Part shown: positions 63,242 through 64,000 of the stretch, piece after piece
Layout: the number at the start of each line of letters is the position of its first letter
How positions within the stretch are numbered: position 1 is the stretch's first letter
Assembly: GCF_004010195.1 (NCBI RefSeq)
Contig: NC_057711.1
Coordinates: forward strand, 17,080,719 to 17,144,718
Direction: 5' to 3'
DNA: 64,000 nt
From: Chiloscyllium plagiosum
Taxonomy: Eukaryota
Notes under the pieces: generated by a model
Databases searched by the model: none
What the model was told of the DNA's origin: nothing
The model's input: only the letters and a program-made list of their open reading frames with translations
Translations under genes and position numbers: made by a program

Positions 63242-64000
63242 CCAGGAATTGAAATCACACCTAAATGAAACCATATATGGGATAGGGAAGAGAACTGTCT
63301 CTGTTATTTGAGTACGGTAATGGGCTGCTGTTGGGGCGAATATGATTATACTTTATCCTGTGTTTCTAAATATTTAAATTTACACGTATATGCAAATAGT
63401 TTCATTTATTATATTTTATCTTCATTTCTTTTGTATAATAAACTTCAGTTTTATTATTAAACAAAACTCTGAAGCACTGAATGTTTATGTTTCAGTAAAA
63501 GATCATTTCATTAAAACCAAAATTACAAAAGCTGATCAATCAATCCAGATTTTATACTGGGATCTGCCTGCACTTTGTACTTTATACATTTAGCCTGGTA
63601 TGAAATTGACAGCTGAAATGAACTTTCTTTTCAATATTCCTGATTCCACATTTAAAATTAAGAAATAAATGCCTTTGAGAACTTACCTAAGATACTGATA
63701 ACAATAACGCTATTAAAATAGTTGACATCAGAAAAATCAAAGGATCGCCTTTCAAACCAAAGACTGTGTCCATTGATAATTCATCTCCTTTGCACCACCA
63801 GTCTCACTTGCAACCTCCAGTAAGTGCTTGCAATTATGTCATCAACACTTGCACTTGGCCAATTTCCCATTTATTGGCTAAGTTCAAATGTAGGCCTTGG
63901 CTCAATCTTATGTTAATTTTGACTTAACACTTGCTGCTTCAATTGGGTTTTATTACTGGTTTGGAAATCCTTAGCTGTGACTAAGGTATTCATCGTTAGC

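Overview
Eukaryotic, repeat-rich vertebrate DNA, almost certainly from a shark, judged by HE1/V-SINE, SacSINE1-like, HER1/CR1 and Penelope-like elements. One real host coding segment is present and is missing from the ORF track: the 37-nt first coding exon of gpm6a (MEENMEEGQTQK-G, minus strand, 57931-57967). Positions 1-57930 are therefore probably one very long intron, and 57968-64000 is 5' UTR, promoter and upstream sequence. Almost every ORF in the track is a retroelement fragment or noise. The most interesting signal is a set of at least 15 Penelope-like (PLE) insertions. Most carry a minimal type-I hammerhead ribozyme motif. Many are 100-280 bp non-coding fold-back elements with 11-18 bp target-site duplications, and their breakpoints cluster at the ribozyme. 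Other items: an old ~0.7 kb local duplication, nested CR1 insertions, candidate conserved non-coding and regulatory blocks, and a 106-N assembly gap. Repeat boundaries were read by eye and are approximate. Family names come from recalled consensus sequences, not from a database search.
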